This document shows positions 34,343 through 42,922 of a stretch of 43,450 nucleotides of DNA, piece after piece. Source of the stretch: a virus (taxonomy: Duplodnaviria; Caudoviricetes). The notes under the pieces are model-generated. The model saw only the letters and a program-made list of their open reading frames with translations, did not search any database and was not told the origin of the DNA. A program made the translations under genes and the position numbers. Within the stretch, counting starts at the first letter, position 1. Each line of letters opens with the position of its first letter. The stretch is taken from the IMG/VR virus record IMGVR_UViG_3300017747_002738, positions 1-43,450 of that record, one strand, 5' to 3'.

Positions 34343-34762
34343 TCATTTCCCGCTGTTCAAGTCTACTAGGTTTAGACGGTAATAGGCTCGGCTCGGATCC
34401 TCGGAGCATGTGCCGACTTTGTAATTCTTCCCGCGAAATTGAACCTTCTTTCCTGCGATTGGATGCGGCTTGCTCGCGTCCGCGGTAAATGCCGAGTCGC
34501 TGTCCATCGTGCCTATTCCAGACCAATCGACCGAGACAAACACGCTGCGCTTAACGATCAGCGTCAGGCTGACGAAGTATTCCTGTCCGCCGATGAGCGC
34601 CAGCAGCCCGCGCTCCGCATTGCTTGGAATGCATTCGATTTCAACCGATTGCTGCGGATTGCCGAAATACAGGATGAACTTCTGCGCGGTCGCGTCGTCC
34701 AATTCTAGCAAGTCGGCTTGCATCTCGTCCATTGCTTCTTCCAGTTCAGTTCGAATCGACAT
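34343..34762 (-). CDS. Head-tail joining (head closure) protein (putative)
   Basis: 139 aa after the capsid gene; PIAGKKVQFRGKNYKV resembles gpFII-type beta barrels. Confidence 0.55.
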   Translation of the reverse strand: MSIRTELEEAMDEMQADLLELDDATAQKFILYFGNPQQSVEIECIPSNAERGLLALIGGQEYFVSLTLIVKRSVFVSVDWSGIGTMDSDSAFTADASKPHPIAGKKVQFRGKNYKVGTCSEDPSRAYYRLNLVDLNSGK

Positions 34763-34800
34763 AAATCAAAAAGGCCAGCCAGCTTTTCGCCGACTGGCCC
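34763..34800 (-). terminator. Intrinsic terminator after the major capsid gene
   Basis: GGCCAGTCGGC-GAAAA-GCTGGCTGGCC followed by TTTTTGATTT. Confidence 0.8.
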
Positions 34801-34842
34801 CCAACCAATAAACCAATGAACCAAGCGTCCTAAGGAAAGGGA

Positions 34843-35805
34843 TTAGGAATATTGCGTCGCAATCAATGTCCCGCAGGAAGCATCGATGACTTTCTCGGTC
34901 GTGTGCTGGCGCACGCGAACGATGTTAGACCGAGTCGCTTCCTCGCGGTAAGATTCCGTCACAAACAAGCCGCCCTCGGCGTTCCAAACAATCGTGCGAC
35001 CAGCGCCGCCGTTGTAAAAGTCTCCCGCGCCGACTTTGCCGACCCAGATGTAAGTATCGCTCCAGATTTTTCCGGCGCTGTAGGTCTGCGTCGATTTCTT
35101 CACGGCGCTGTCGTATCGACCCATGCCGATCAGGCATTGCTTGATGCCGTTCGCGGCGAAGGCCTGGGCGATGGCGTTCGGAGTCACGTTTGCGCCGGGC
35201 AGATTCTGGCCGACCAAAAACGACTTGAGAAGCGTCGAGCGGCGAGCGCGGTTAAACACGTTCGAACTCATGACGATGGTGTCCGGGCGTTCGGCGTTGT
35301 CCGCCACGCGCTCAATAGCTGCCTGCACGTCGGCAGGCAGGTCCATGGTCGCGATGTTCGCATCGGTGTATGCAACCGTCGAGTTAGTCGCACTGCCCCA
35401 CGTCGATGCGTGGAAGATTTCAGCCGCAACCCGAATCTCATGCGAGAGCCGCATGGCGCGCAAAACGTTCTGAGCCGACACGGATTCGGCGCTGAAGAAT
35501 CGCGCGACGTCTTTGGCGTCGCAATCGTCAATCGCCTCCTCAAGACCGCGATCAACGGTGTCGTAGGTGTCGTTCGTCCACGCGCGTTTGATCCGCCCGT
35601 AGCTGGCTCCGCGTTCCCGGCGAGTATCGCCCGGCTTGAGCAATTCGCTGATCGATTTCGTGAGCTTGGCGTAAGTGCCGCTCTTGGCGTCAACTCCAAA
35701 CTCCGGCATCAGGATCGAGCCGATGAAGAAGTTGTCGGCCTCTCGCGCCTCAATCAATACCTGATTAAGGTCGGCCCTGATTGTTGCTCCGCTGTTTGGA
35801 TACAT
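34843..35805 (-). CDS. Major capsid protein (lambda gpE-like)
   Basis: 320 aa; FIGSILMP, RERGASY, HEIRVAA, PDTIVMS, SYREEATRSNIVRVR; follows protease, scaffold and decoration genes. Confidence 0.85.
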   Translation of the reverse strand: MYPNSGATIRADLNQVLIEAREADNFFIGSILMPEFGVDAKSGTYAKLTKSISELLKPGDTRRERGASYGRIKRAWTNDTYDTVDRGLEEAIDDCDAKDVARFFSAESVSAQNVLRAMRLSHEIRVAAEIFHASTWGSATNSTVAYTDANIATMDLPADVQAAIERVADNAERPDTIVMSSNVFNRARRSTLLKSFLVGQNLPGANVTPNAIAQAFAANGIKQCLIGMGRYDSAVKKSTQTYSAGKIWSDTYIWVGKVGAGDFYNGGAGRTIVWNAEGGLFVTESYREEATRSNIVRVRQHTTEKVIDASCGTLIATQYS

Positions 35806-35831
35806 AAATATTTGCCTTTATCTGAAAACGT

Positions 35832-36578
35832 TTAGTTGTTCACGTAAGTGATGAGCAGCAGCCCTGCGCCTTCGGAGAAGGCTGTAACGCTCGAACCTTC
35901 GATGCTCAGCGTGTCGCCAGAAACGAACGTGTTCGCTGCGGTCACCGCAGTTCCGGCAACCATAACTCCGAGCGGAGTGCAGTTTGCGGAAGTCAGAGCA
36001 ACAGCGCCGCCGGTGAGATTGGTCGTGCCGATCTCAAGGTTGAGCGTGGCCGCCTTCGATCCGGTGGTAACAGCCGTGGTCACCAGGAAATTCACCGAGG
36101 TGATCGTGCCCGAGAAACTCAACGGGATTGCGGTCGCAACGTCGCCAGCGGTTACGGTCGAAAGCACAATGGGAATTGTGAGAATTCCAGTGTTTCCACC
36201 GCCGCCAACGCCAAGCGCCGGGGTGGCCGTGAAAATGTCACCGTCAGCCAAAGCGGCAGACGCAGCAACAAAGCCCGTCCATCCGCCCGCCGATTGCACG
36301 TCGTCCACTTTTCCGGAAGCGGAAGGGTAAAGGCGGTCGCCGACTTCAATGGCTCCAGCCGCCACGAACATGTGCGTGCCCGGAGAGTTGCGAAGGCGAA
36401 CTGTGCCGGTGCCGCTCGCCGCGATGGCTGAAATCGTAGTTCCAATCCAATCGTCAGTTGCGCCAGCCGCAGAAATGTTGCCGCTGGAATCGAGCTTGAC
36501 GCGGACCCCCAATCCAATCGCTGTGGCAGTAGCCGTCAGCGCGATGAATCCCGTCGTGTTTTCGTAGGTATGAGCCAT
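35832..36578 (-). CDS. Capsid decoration/cement protein with an extra C-terminal domain
   Basis: DUF2190-like N-terminal half (AAGAIEVGDRLY...GKV...ALADGD), then a Gly linker and a T-rich beta domain. Confidence 0.7.
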   Translation of the reverse strand: MAHTYENTTGFIALTATATAIGLGVRVKLDSSGNISAAGATDDWIGTTISAIAASGTGTVRLRNSPGTHMFVAAGAIEVGDRLYPSASGKVDDVQSAGGWTGFVAASAALADGDIFTATPALGVGGGGNTGILTIPIVLSTVTAGDVATAIPLSFSGTITSVNFLVTTAVTTGSKAATLNLEIGTTNLTGGAVALTSANCTPLGVMVAGTAVTAANTFVSGDTLSIEGSSVTAFSEGAGLLLITYVNN

Positions 36579-36587
36579 ATATTTGCC

Positions 36588-37097
36588 TTAGATTTTCGAT
36601 GTGTCGCCCGCGCGCCATTCGGCGTATTCAGCCGGAAAAGCCCGGATACAGAAGTTGATCGCTTCCGCTTTGGTTTTTGCCTTGCCTTCCTTGATCAGAG
36701 CGTCCAGCCGAGCGGCGAAATTAAGCCTTTGTCCGCCAGCGGGATTCGACGGGGCCGGGGGAACCCCGAGACTAGCCGTAATTGCGGCGGCTTTTTCAGC
36801 AGCGCGTGCTTCAACTTTGGCTTCAAACTCGGTGACCGCCGTTTGCGCGGCAGCGAGATCGTTTTCAAGTTTAGCCTTGTCGGTAGAAAGTTGAGATACT
36901 TGCGAAGTAAGCGCGGAAACCTGTCCGGAAAGTTTATCTACTTCGGATTTCAGCTTGGTTGCCTCTTCGGCAATCACGGCTTCATTTTCAGACGATGCAG
37001 AGGCGGCGCTTGCTTTAGCGGCAGCTAGCTCGGTTTCGAGTCGCTCAATCTCGGCGTTTGCTTCAGAAATTTTAAACCAGCGATAATTCTTCGCCAT
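36588..37097 (-). CDS. Capsid scaffolding protein (putative)
   Basis: 169 aa Ala/Glu coiled coil between the protease and decoration genes. Confidence 0.65.
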   Translation of the reverse strand: MAKNYRWFKISEANAEIERLETELAAAKASAASASSENEAVIAEEATKLKSEVDKLSGQVSALTSQVSQLSTDKAKLENDLAAAQTAVTEFEAKVEARAAEKAAAITASLGVPPAPSNPAGGQRLNFAARLDALIKEGKAKTKAEAINFCIRAFPAEYAEWRAGDTSKI

Positions 37098-37117
37098 GCA
37101 CTAACGCCGCAAGTCAA
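37098..37117 (-). promoter_or_regulatory. Candidate late promoter motif, copy 3
   Basis: TTGACT-TGCGGCGT-TAGTGC directly followed by ATG. Confidence 0.7.
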
Positions 37118-37929
37118 CGCATGAAAGATTCGATCACTTCACTCATGTCATCCACTAGTCCATCAACCATTCCAATTTCTGCGGCAGCGTCTCCAAAGAA
37201 AACCTGCCCCTCCAAGTATTCGGCATCCACTAATCGACGCGACGTAATTGCTGATTTGAACTTCGAATGGATGTCATCTACTTGATCTTGAAGCATTGCT
37301 CGCTCGCGCTCGGTCATGGCCTTGAAGCTAGCCCCGGCAAGTTTGAATTCCCCTGCTGAAATCGCGTTTACCTTCATGCCCATTTCTTCGAATTGCTTGC
37401 TTCGGTCCAAGTAAATCGAATAAACGCCGCACGAACCAACCGATGCAGATTCGGTGCAGTAAAATTTGTCGGCCTGAGACGCAAGCCAGAGAGCGCCAGA
37501 GCAGCAATCGGAATCCGTGAAGGCAATCACGTCTTTGCTTATTGATGCAATCTTTTTTCCAAGCTCCGGTATTCCGGTAACAACCCCGCCCGGACTCCGG
37601 AAATCGAGTAGGATGTTGCGGATTTGATACGACGCTTCTGCCTTGTCTAGTTCTTTTCCAATCGCGTCAACAGAGCATCCGCCGCACATCATTTCCAGTG
37701 ATGATAAATGCTTTCCCAGAACTCCGTGAACCGGAAGGATTAAAGTCTGCCCGTCAATTCTCGGGGACGAATCGTCTTCATCGGAATCGTCTTTTTGCTG
37801 GTCGAAAATGCCGATGTTTGCCCCCGAAATGTGAGCCTCGAAAAGCGCCGTCAAAGAGTCGTGCTTCTCTTTGGTTATCAACCACGGTTCGTTGTAAAGC
37901 TTTTGCGCAATTTGCGGGTAATTCTTCAT
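37114..37929 (-). CDS. S49 family prohead protease (lambda gpC-like)
   Basis: LLDFRSPGG, CCSGALWLASQAD, VGSCGV, AGEFK, GMVDGL; start at MKNYPQ is coupled to the portal stop. Confidence 0.9.
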   Translation of the reverse strand: MKNYPQIAQKLYNEPWLITKEKHDSLTALFEAHISGANIGIFDQQKDDSDEDDSSPRIDGQTLILPVHGVLGKHLSSLEMMCGGCSVDAIGKELDKAEASYQIRNILLDFRSPGGVVTGIPELGKKIASISKDVIAFTDSDCCSGALWLASQADKFYCTESASVGSCGVYSIYLDRSKQFEEMGMKVNAISAGEFKLAGASFKAMTERERAMLQDQVDDIHSKFKSAITSRRLVDAEYLEGQVFFGDAAAEIGMVDGLVDDMSEVIESFMR

Positions 37930-39494
37930 TCGTCTTGCGGGTTGTCTTGCGTGGTGTCTTGCGGTTGCGCAACAGCGGCTGGCGCATTGGGAATCGTTTG
38001 GCAAATCGAGAAGTATGCTTCCTGAATCGTGAGCCCGAACTGCTTGGCGATGCGTTGTGCCATCTCCCACTTGGCCACCGTCTCACGCTCTTTCTTCACC
38101 TTGACGACGCGGCTGGAGCGCCCGCGAGATTCGATAGCATCTTCGTCCGTCAGCCATCCTACCTGCGCTTCTTTAAGGTCAATCTCGCTCTCGTATTTGC
38201 GGTCGCTGGTAACGTCCGCCGGTCCTTGAAATTCCCATTTATACCACTCGGAATTTGGTCGCAACATCCCGAGTTTTATGAACTTCGAAATGCGATAACC
38301 GCAAATCCGACGCATTGCTTTTGCCGCAAGCTTTTGGTTTTTGGCCACGGTCCGCTTGATCTTCTCAACGATCACTCGGGTCATCGCGCCGCCTGTGCCG
38401 TCCGGCTTAAGTGTGAAGTCCAAAGACCAGTCGATTGCGTAGAAACAGCCGCGAAGGATTCGATCCTCGTAATTTTGTTGGTTGGCGCTCGGACGGTCAG
38501 CCACAAGCGTGGCTATGCTCGAATCGGTTCCAGCCTTCAGGTAATGGTAAACCCCACCCTCGAGAACTTCAGAATACAGCCCGCCCGTAGCGTTCGCGCT
38601 TCCGCTCGATCCTGCGGTTAAAAGCTGCGCTCCTGGCGGCGCTTCGCCAGCTTCGTTCGTCTCGATCAAAGTGATCCGTGCCGCTGCTTTCTGCGCCAGC
38701 TTTTCAAAATCGCGAGTCTCTCCGATGTCCTGAAAATCAGCAGCGCAAGTCGCCAGCGAAGGAATGCCAACGAGCTGGTCCGGCTGCATCGCGAAATACG
38801 TCGGAAAAAGGCTTTGCGCCGAGATGTCCCGGAACGTTGACGGAGGATCATCGTAAAGCCGATAAGCTTGCGCCGCGCCGTATTCGTTTACAATGTTGCC
38901 AGCGATAACGCGCGAACCTGCCCACGGGTTTGCCGTTCCAGTATATGGTTCCCCATCGTAAGTCGGAGGTGAAAATGGATCATTGATTGATACTGTGGTC
39001 TCGTCGATTAGCCCGCCGATTCGGTGCGCCGGAATTACCTGTATCATCGGGAACCCGTTTGAGCTTTCGGTGAGCAAGGTCCAATATGTTCCGTCAAGCC
39101 GAGTGTGGATAATCAGATTGTGTAGGTATGAATCCTCGTCGTTCGGCCAGCCGCGGACATCGAACATGTCGGAATAATCCAGAAGCATTGCCGTGGCTTC
39201 GTCGCCCCAATCTTGGTCGGCGCCCGCGAACTGTGGGGCGAAATGCGAGACGGAAAGGTTTGCTTGTTCGAGCAACGCCCCTTGAACCATCGGGTATTTC
39301 CAGAAAAGATATCGGCTAACGTCTCGCGCGCGAGCCAGCCCCGTTGCGCTGATGTTTCGATGAAAATCGAACTGAAGATTGGGAATCTGCTTGCGGTCGT
39401 AGGAAGTGTTTGCCGCCGGTATCAACCGATTTGAACCGCCGCCGCCAGCCGATGCCCCTCGCCGGTCGTAAAATTTATAAGGTTTTTCGGCCAT
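37926..39494 (-). CDS. Portal protein (lambda family)
   Basis: 522 aa after gpW; IQVIPAHRI, IVNEYGAAQAYRL, DRPSANQQ. Confidence 0.85.
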   Translation of the reverse strand: MAEKPYKFYDRRGASAGGGGSNRLIPAANTSYDRKQIPNLQFDFHRNISATGLARARDVSRYLFWKYPMVQGALLEQANLSVSHFAPQFAGADQDWGDEATAMLLDYSDMFDVRGWPNDEDSYLHNLIIHTRLDGTYWTLLTESSNGFPMIQVIPAHRIGGLIDETTVSINDPFSPPTYDGEPYTGTANPWAGSRVIAGNIVNEYGAAQAYRLYDDPPSTFRDISAQSLFPTYFAMQPDQLVGIPSLATCAADFQDIGETRDFEKLAQKAAARITLIETNEAGEAPPGAQLLTAGSSGSANATGGLYSEVLEGGVYHYLKAGTDSSIATLVADRPSANQQNYEDRILRGCFYAIDWSLDFTLKPDGTGGAMTRVIVEKIKRTVAKNQKLAAKAMRRICGYRISKFIKLGMLRPNSEWYKWEFQGPADVTSDRKYESEIDLKEAQVGWLTDEDAIESRGRSSRVVKVKKERETVAKWEMAQRIAKQFGLTIQEAYFSICQTIPNAPAAVAQPQDTTQDNPQDE

Positions 39495-39498
39495 GCGA

Positions 39499-39744
39499 TT
39501 AGGAAAATTGAACTGTCGTGCGATTGATTCGCGGCGTTGTGGTCAATCCGCGTCGCTGGTATTCGTGCGCAACTGAGCGGAGAAGAACGTCAAGCGTCAC
39601 ACCGAAAGCCTTTGTGACTGAAAGGTCTGGAGTGTTAATGCCGACGATGGATTTGCCGCCTGTGGTTGTTAGCTCCGTCGCCACCTTGCTGCGCAATGCA
39701 ACAAGCTCGGCATTAGTTAGGAAAGTAAGGTCAACGAGCGCCAC
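39499..39744 (-). CDS. gpW-like head completion protein
   Basis: 81 aa helix-hairpin-helix pattern immediately before the portal gene. Confidence 0.6.
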   Translation of the reverse strand: MALVDLTFLTNAELVALRSKVATELTTTGGKSIVGINTPDLSVTKAFGVTLDVLLRSVAHEYQRRGLTTTPRINRTTVQFS

Positions 39745-39764
39745 ACTTTAGGCGGCGCAGTCAA
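39745..39764 (-). promoter_or_regulatory. Candidate late promoter motif, copy 4
   Basis: TTGACT-GCGCCGCC-TAAAGT directly followed by the GTG start. Confidence 0.7.
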
Positions 39765-39780
39765 TCTTAAGAGTCTCGCT

Positions 39781-40035
39781 TTAGCGCGACTTTTGGTGGC
39801 ATTCGACGATGCCGGAACTGATCGTCAAAGACTGAATGTCCCAAAGCATCGTGCCTGCTGGCATGGTCAAGGAAAGCTTCTTTGTGCAGAACGCGGCGCT
39901 TGTGGTGGCAGAAGCCAATGCGGTAAACACCGTGTCATTCAGGCAAACGACAACGCGGTAATCCTTGCCGGTCACCGCCCCATCGGCGGAGGTCCAGACT
40001 TCTTTCGGATAAACTCCAAACTGTTGCTCGAACAT
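39781..40035 (-). CDS. Small beta-rich virion-associated protein (putative)
   Basis: 84 aa from MFEQQFG; AAGGA upstream; LTMPAGTMLWDIQSLTISSG. Confidence 0.6.
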   Translation of the reverse strand: MFEQQFGVYPKEVWTSADGAVTGKDYRVVVCLNDTVFTALASATTSAAFCTKKLSLTMPAGTMLWDIQSLTISSGIVECHQKSR

Positions 40036-40050
40036 CGCTTCGTTTCCTTG

Positions 40051-40070
40051 CCTTAAATGGCTTGAGTCAA
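40051..40070 (-). promoter_or_regulatory. Candidate late promoter motif, copy 5
   Basis: TTGACT-CAAGCCAT-TTAAGG, 15 nt before the ATG at 40035. Confidence 0.6.
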
Positions 40071-40216
40071 TTTGAGCCTCGCGGATTACGCACGAAAGCC
40101 GGTTGCTCAACCCGGCCCAATCTGGAACATGCCGCCAGCGTGCAGTTTTAAAACGCTCTCACGAGTTACGTTTGCAGAAATGGAGCGGGGCCGGTTTGTC
40201 CATGGACGATCCCCGC
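40071..40216 (-). ncRNA. Candidate structured noncoding RNA
   Basis: 146 nt between two late motifs; three adjacent stem systems; no credible ORF. Confidence 0.5.
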
Positions 40217-40236
40217 ACTTTAAAGCGCGCAGTCAA
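40217..40236 (-). promoter_or_regulatory. Candidate late promoter motif, copy 6
   Basis: TTGACT-GCGCGCTT-TAAAGT, about 3 nt after a terminator U-tract. Confidence 0.7.
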
Positions 40237-40239
40237 CCG

Positions 40240-40273
40240 AAAAGAAAAAGGCCCGCATCCCAAGATGCGAGCC
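40240..40273 (-). terminator. Intrinsic terminator after the terminase operon
   Basis: GGCTCGCATC-TTGG-GATGCGGGCC followed by TTTTTCTTTT. Confidence 0.85.
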
Positions 40274-40322
40274 CAATCGACACGTTTTGACATCGTGTCC
40301 TTACCCGGCAAAACCCACAAGG

Positions 40323-40538
40323 TTAACCGGGCAAATTTTCAACATCCTCGAAATAGTATGGATTCCACTGGCCGTAAATGAAAGTTGTTTCAATGGTGTT
40401 TCTCCACGAAAGCGTGAACTCATTAAAGTCGGTGTGAACTTCGAACTTTGCCTTAAGCCATCCGTGCCCGTTCTTTCCGTTTCGGCGGTAAACCCGATGA
40501 AGGTTGCGCGCGAACGATGGTTGTTTGGTTTTCTTCAT
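40323..40538 (-). CDS. Hypothetical protein
   Basis: 71 aa from MKKTKQP; ATGA overlap with the terminase stop. Confidence 0.55.
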   Translation of the reverse strand: MKKTKQPSFARNLHRVYRRNGKNGHGWLKAKFEVHTDFNEFTLSWRNTIETTFIYGQWNPYYFEDVENLPG

Positions 40539-42439
40539 TTCCTTTCCTCGTGATGTTCTGGAACCCCGTCCCCTATAATACGCGCCATGCTTGCCGCGAG
40601 ATTTCCAAGGCAATAGCAGTCCATCAAATGATTCGGCCTGTTGCCGATCACCTCGTATCGCCAGACTTCCCGGCCTTGCGGGTCCGTGCTCCTGACTTTC
40701 TGCTCCGCGTAAAGATGCGCCGAGAACTCTTTGCAGACTCGTGGGCCGACAAACGATAGCCTTCCTTTTTCCATTTGTTCGCGGCGCGCGAATGCAATGT
40801 CCTTAATCCAAGGATTGCTCCAATGGATAACCGGGCAGGTCCTGCCAGACAGCCGCGAAAGCTCCGCATCGTTCGAATGCAACCCGAATGAAGGATCGCC
40901 CTTCGCTGGGGGCCATTGGAACGCCAGCCGTATCCGCTGCCCCTTCTGTGGTCCTCGTCGCGGCGTGTATGTGTATGAATCACGGTCCTCGCCCTTGGTT
41001 GCCACCCAAGTCTGCCAAGCGGCTTGCGGGCGCCCGTTCATGTTGACGACGACTTCCTTGCCGCGCTTCACGCATTCAGCGAAGACCTCCCGCATCCGGT
41101 CTCCGCAATCCACAAAAACTGAGGAATGCGGCACGTTGAATTCCTCCTGAACCGCTTGGACATCGTCCCAAGTCCGAAGCTCTCCGGCCCAAATGTTCAT
41201 TTCGCTGCCGTTTTTCGACCAGCATTGGACAAGGGCCCAGAACCCGAGGCGCTGAACGTCAACCAGCAGGAAGATGTAATCTTGGTGCTCCCAGAACTTA
41301 CCGGACTCGCTCGGCTGCGCGATGGTCACCGGCAATTCCCGGATGGCCGTATCGTTGTCAACCCACGGCTCGCCCAGGCTTTCCTGCACAAAAACCTTTA
41401 GTGGTTCCTTGTCGCCTCGACTGGCCGCAACCTTTGCCTTCAGAAACTTGATTGCGATCTTCTCCCAATCGCATTCCGGCCACGGCATATACATTTCGTT
41501 CCAATGCATCGATACTTGCTCCGACGCCATCGGGTTTGTCTGCACCGCCTCAATGGTTTTAATCAGCGAGAGCTTGTCGCTATTGCGGAACTGATGCTTG
41601 CACTCCGGATTTTCGCATTCATACCGGACAGTTTTAGCAACCTCGTCGAAATTCCAAACGCCTTCGCTCGGGTGTGTTGTCGGATTGTCATCCCAAATCA
41701 TTCCGCCGTGTTCGCGCGCTTTCGGGAAAAGGACCGTGGCTTTGCGCCCGAATCGGAACGGCTGCTTGTGCTGGCAATGCGGGCAGGTCCAATGGAAAAA
41801 GTGTTGCGTGCCGTCCTTGAATGTTTGGTGGAGCTCGTCGTCCTCGATCCCCGCCGTCGAGAACATGATCTCTTTGTAATTCCGAATCGTCTTGTATCGG
41901 TTCCGAATTCCCTGCATGGCCCCGGGCGGGTAATTGCGGATCTCGTCGCACAAGACCACGGCGGCGGTAATGCGTTCCCTGTTCTTCCGGTTGTTCGCAC
42001 CGAGAACGTAGAGGTTCATCGAGTCGAACTGGATTAGTGTTTGGTTCTTCCGGTCGCGCCTGGTCGGCAGCAATGGCCGGACGGCGGCGCAGTCCTCAAG
42101 GTCAGGAAGCAGCCGAGTCTTGAAGAACGTCTTCGCGCTGACGTTGTCGTCCTGATACCAAATCATCTCCTGCGGTCGATTCTTCGCGCTCCACATGACA
42201 AAAAATTCCGTGTTCTTTGTTTTCGCCGATTGCGCGGAAACCATAACCGCGATTCGCTTAACCCGCGGATTCTGGCATTGGTTCAAAAAGAACTTGCCCA
42301 TCGGAACCCAATCGAACGAAACCTTGCCTTTGATTTCAGAATCGTTGCCAAGCTCAACGTTTTCCTCAACCCATTGCCAAATCGGTTGGTCGGACGGCGG
42401 CGTCCAAGCGTCGGCTAGGATGGTTTCGGCGGCGGTCAT
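40535..42439 (-). CDS. terL: Terminase large subunit (lambda GpA family)
   Basis: AWTPP...WQWVEE, SAQSAKT, VVLCDE, FSTAG, CPHC, FVQESLGEPW, LVDVQ, NHLMDC. Confidence 0.92.
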   Translation of the reverse strand: MTAAETILADAWTPPSDQPIWQWVEENVELGNDSEIKGKVSFDWVPMGKFFLNQCQNPRVKRIAVMVSAQSAKTKNTEFFVMWSAKNRPQEMIWYQDDNVSAKTFFKTRLLPDLEDCAAVRPLLPTRRDRKNQTLIQFDSMNLYVLGANNRKNRERITAAVVLCDEIRNYPPGAMQGIRNRYKTIRNYKEIMFSTAGIEDDELHQTFKDGTQHFFHWTCPHCQHKQPFRFGRKATVLFPKAREHGGMIWDDNPTTHPSEGVWNFDEVAKTVRYECENPECKHQFRNSDKLSLIKTIEAVQTNPMASEQVSMHWNEMYMPWPECDWEKIAIKFLKAKVAASRGDKEPLKVFVQESLGEPWVDNDTAIRELPVTIAQPSESGKFWEHQDYIFLLVDVQRLGFWALVQCWSKNGSEMNIWAGELRTWDDVQAVQEEFNVPHSSVFVDCGDRMREVFAECVKRGKEVVVNMNGRPQAAWQTWVATKGEDRDSYTYTPRRGPQKGQRIRLAFQWPPAKGDPSFGLHSNDAELSRLSGRTCPVIHWSNPWIKDIAFARREQMEKGRLSFVGPRVCKEFSAHLYAEQKVRSTDPQGREVWRYEVIGNRPNHLMDCYCLGNLAASMARIIGDGVPEHHEERK

Positions 42440-42708
42440 TTTGAATCGTCGCTTAACCGAATCAAGTGCACTACGTGGTATCCGTTCGACATGACAACCG
42501 TTGCCACAAGCTCGCCGCGTTCTGGAATTTCGTCCCCGGTCATTACGACAATGTAACTACAATGATGTGGCTCTTCTGAATTAAACCAAACAGAAACCCG
42601 GTTCTGGCTATTGAAATCCCCGGCGGTTTGGTTTCCGAACGTCACGTTTCGGGGAGCTTTGAAAACCTCCCCGGAATAAATGGTTTGCCTCCAGATTGCG
42701 CTTTTCAT
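42436..42708 (-). CDS. Conserved small phage protein
   Basis: AIWR...VSVW...IVVMTGDEIP...VATVVM...VVHL pattern. Confidence 0.65.
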   Translation of the reverse strand: MKSAIWRQTIYSGEVFKAPRNVTFGNQTAGDFNSQNRVSVWFNSEEPHHCSYIVVMTGDEIPERGELVATVVMSNGYHVVHLIRLSDDSK

Positions 42709-42809
42709 TGTTTCTTCCTCCGCTTCAGCGCGCCAACATAGAATCCTGGCTGATGTTTTCGGCCTTGGCCGATGTCGGCGGCTAAATCGCTTGGGTAATC
42801 GTTGGTCAT
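42705..42809 (-). CDS. 34 aa hypothetical peptide (not in ORF track)
   Basis: MTNDYPSDLAADIGQGRKHQPGFYVGALKRRKKQ; ATGA overlaps at both ends; GGAGG upstream. Confidence 0.35.
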   Translation of the reverse strand: MTNDYPSDLAADIGQGRKHQPGFYVGALKRRKKQ

Positions 42810-42922
42810 TCCTCCCCTTCTACTGTGCGCTTTTCATCCAACCATTCATCCAAATCGGAGCGCCTATACATAATATCCGCGATCTGACGTTCGTTGAGTA
42901 TATCCTCGCATGTGTTTTTCAT
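42806..42922 (-). pseudogene. Internally deleted excisionase-like (HTH_17) ORF, 38 aa
   Basis: MKNTCEDILNERQIADIMYRRSDLDEWLDEKRTVEGEE; both HTH_17 ends are present but the core is absent. Confidence 0.5.

Noticed and set aside
40100-40216. tmRNA, full tRNA or hammerhead/HDV ribozyme interpretation of the intergenic RNA
   Set aside because: No D or anticodon arm, no intact T-loop, the GCA-AAC frame does not end in an Ala-Ala type tag, and I could not place the catalytic core motifs
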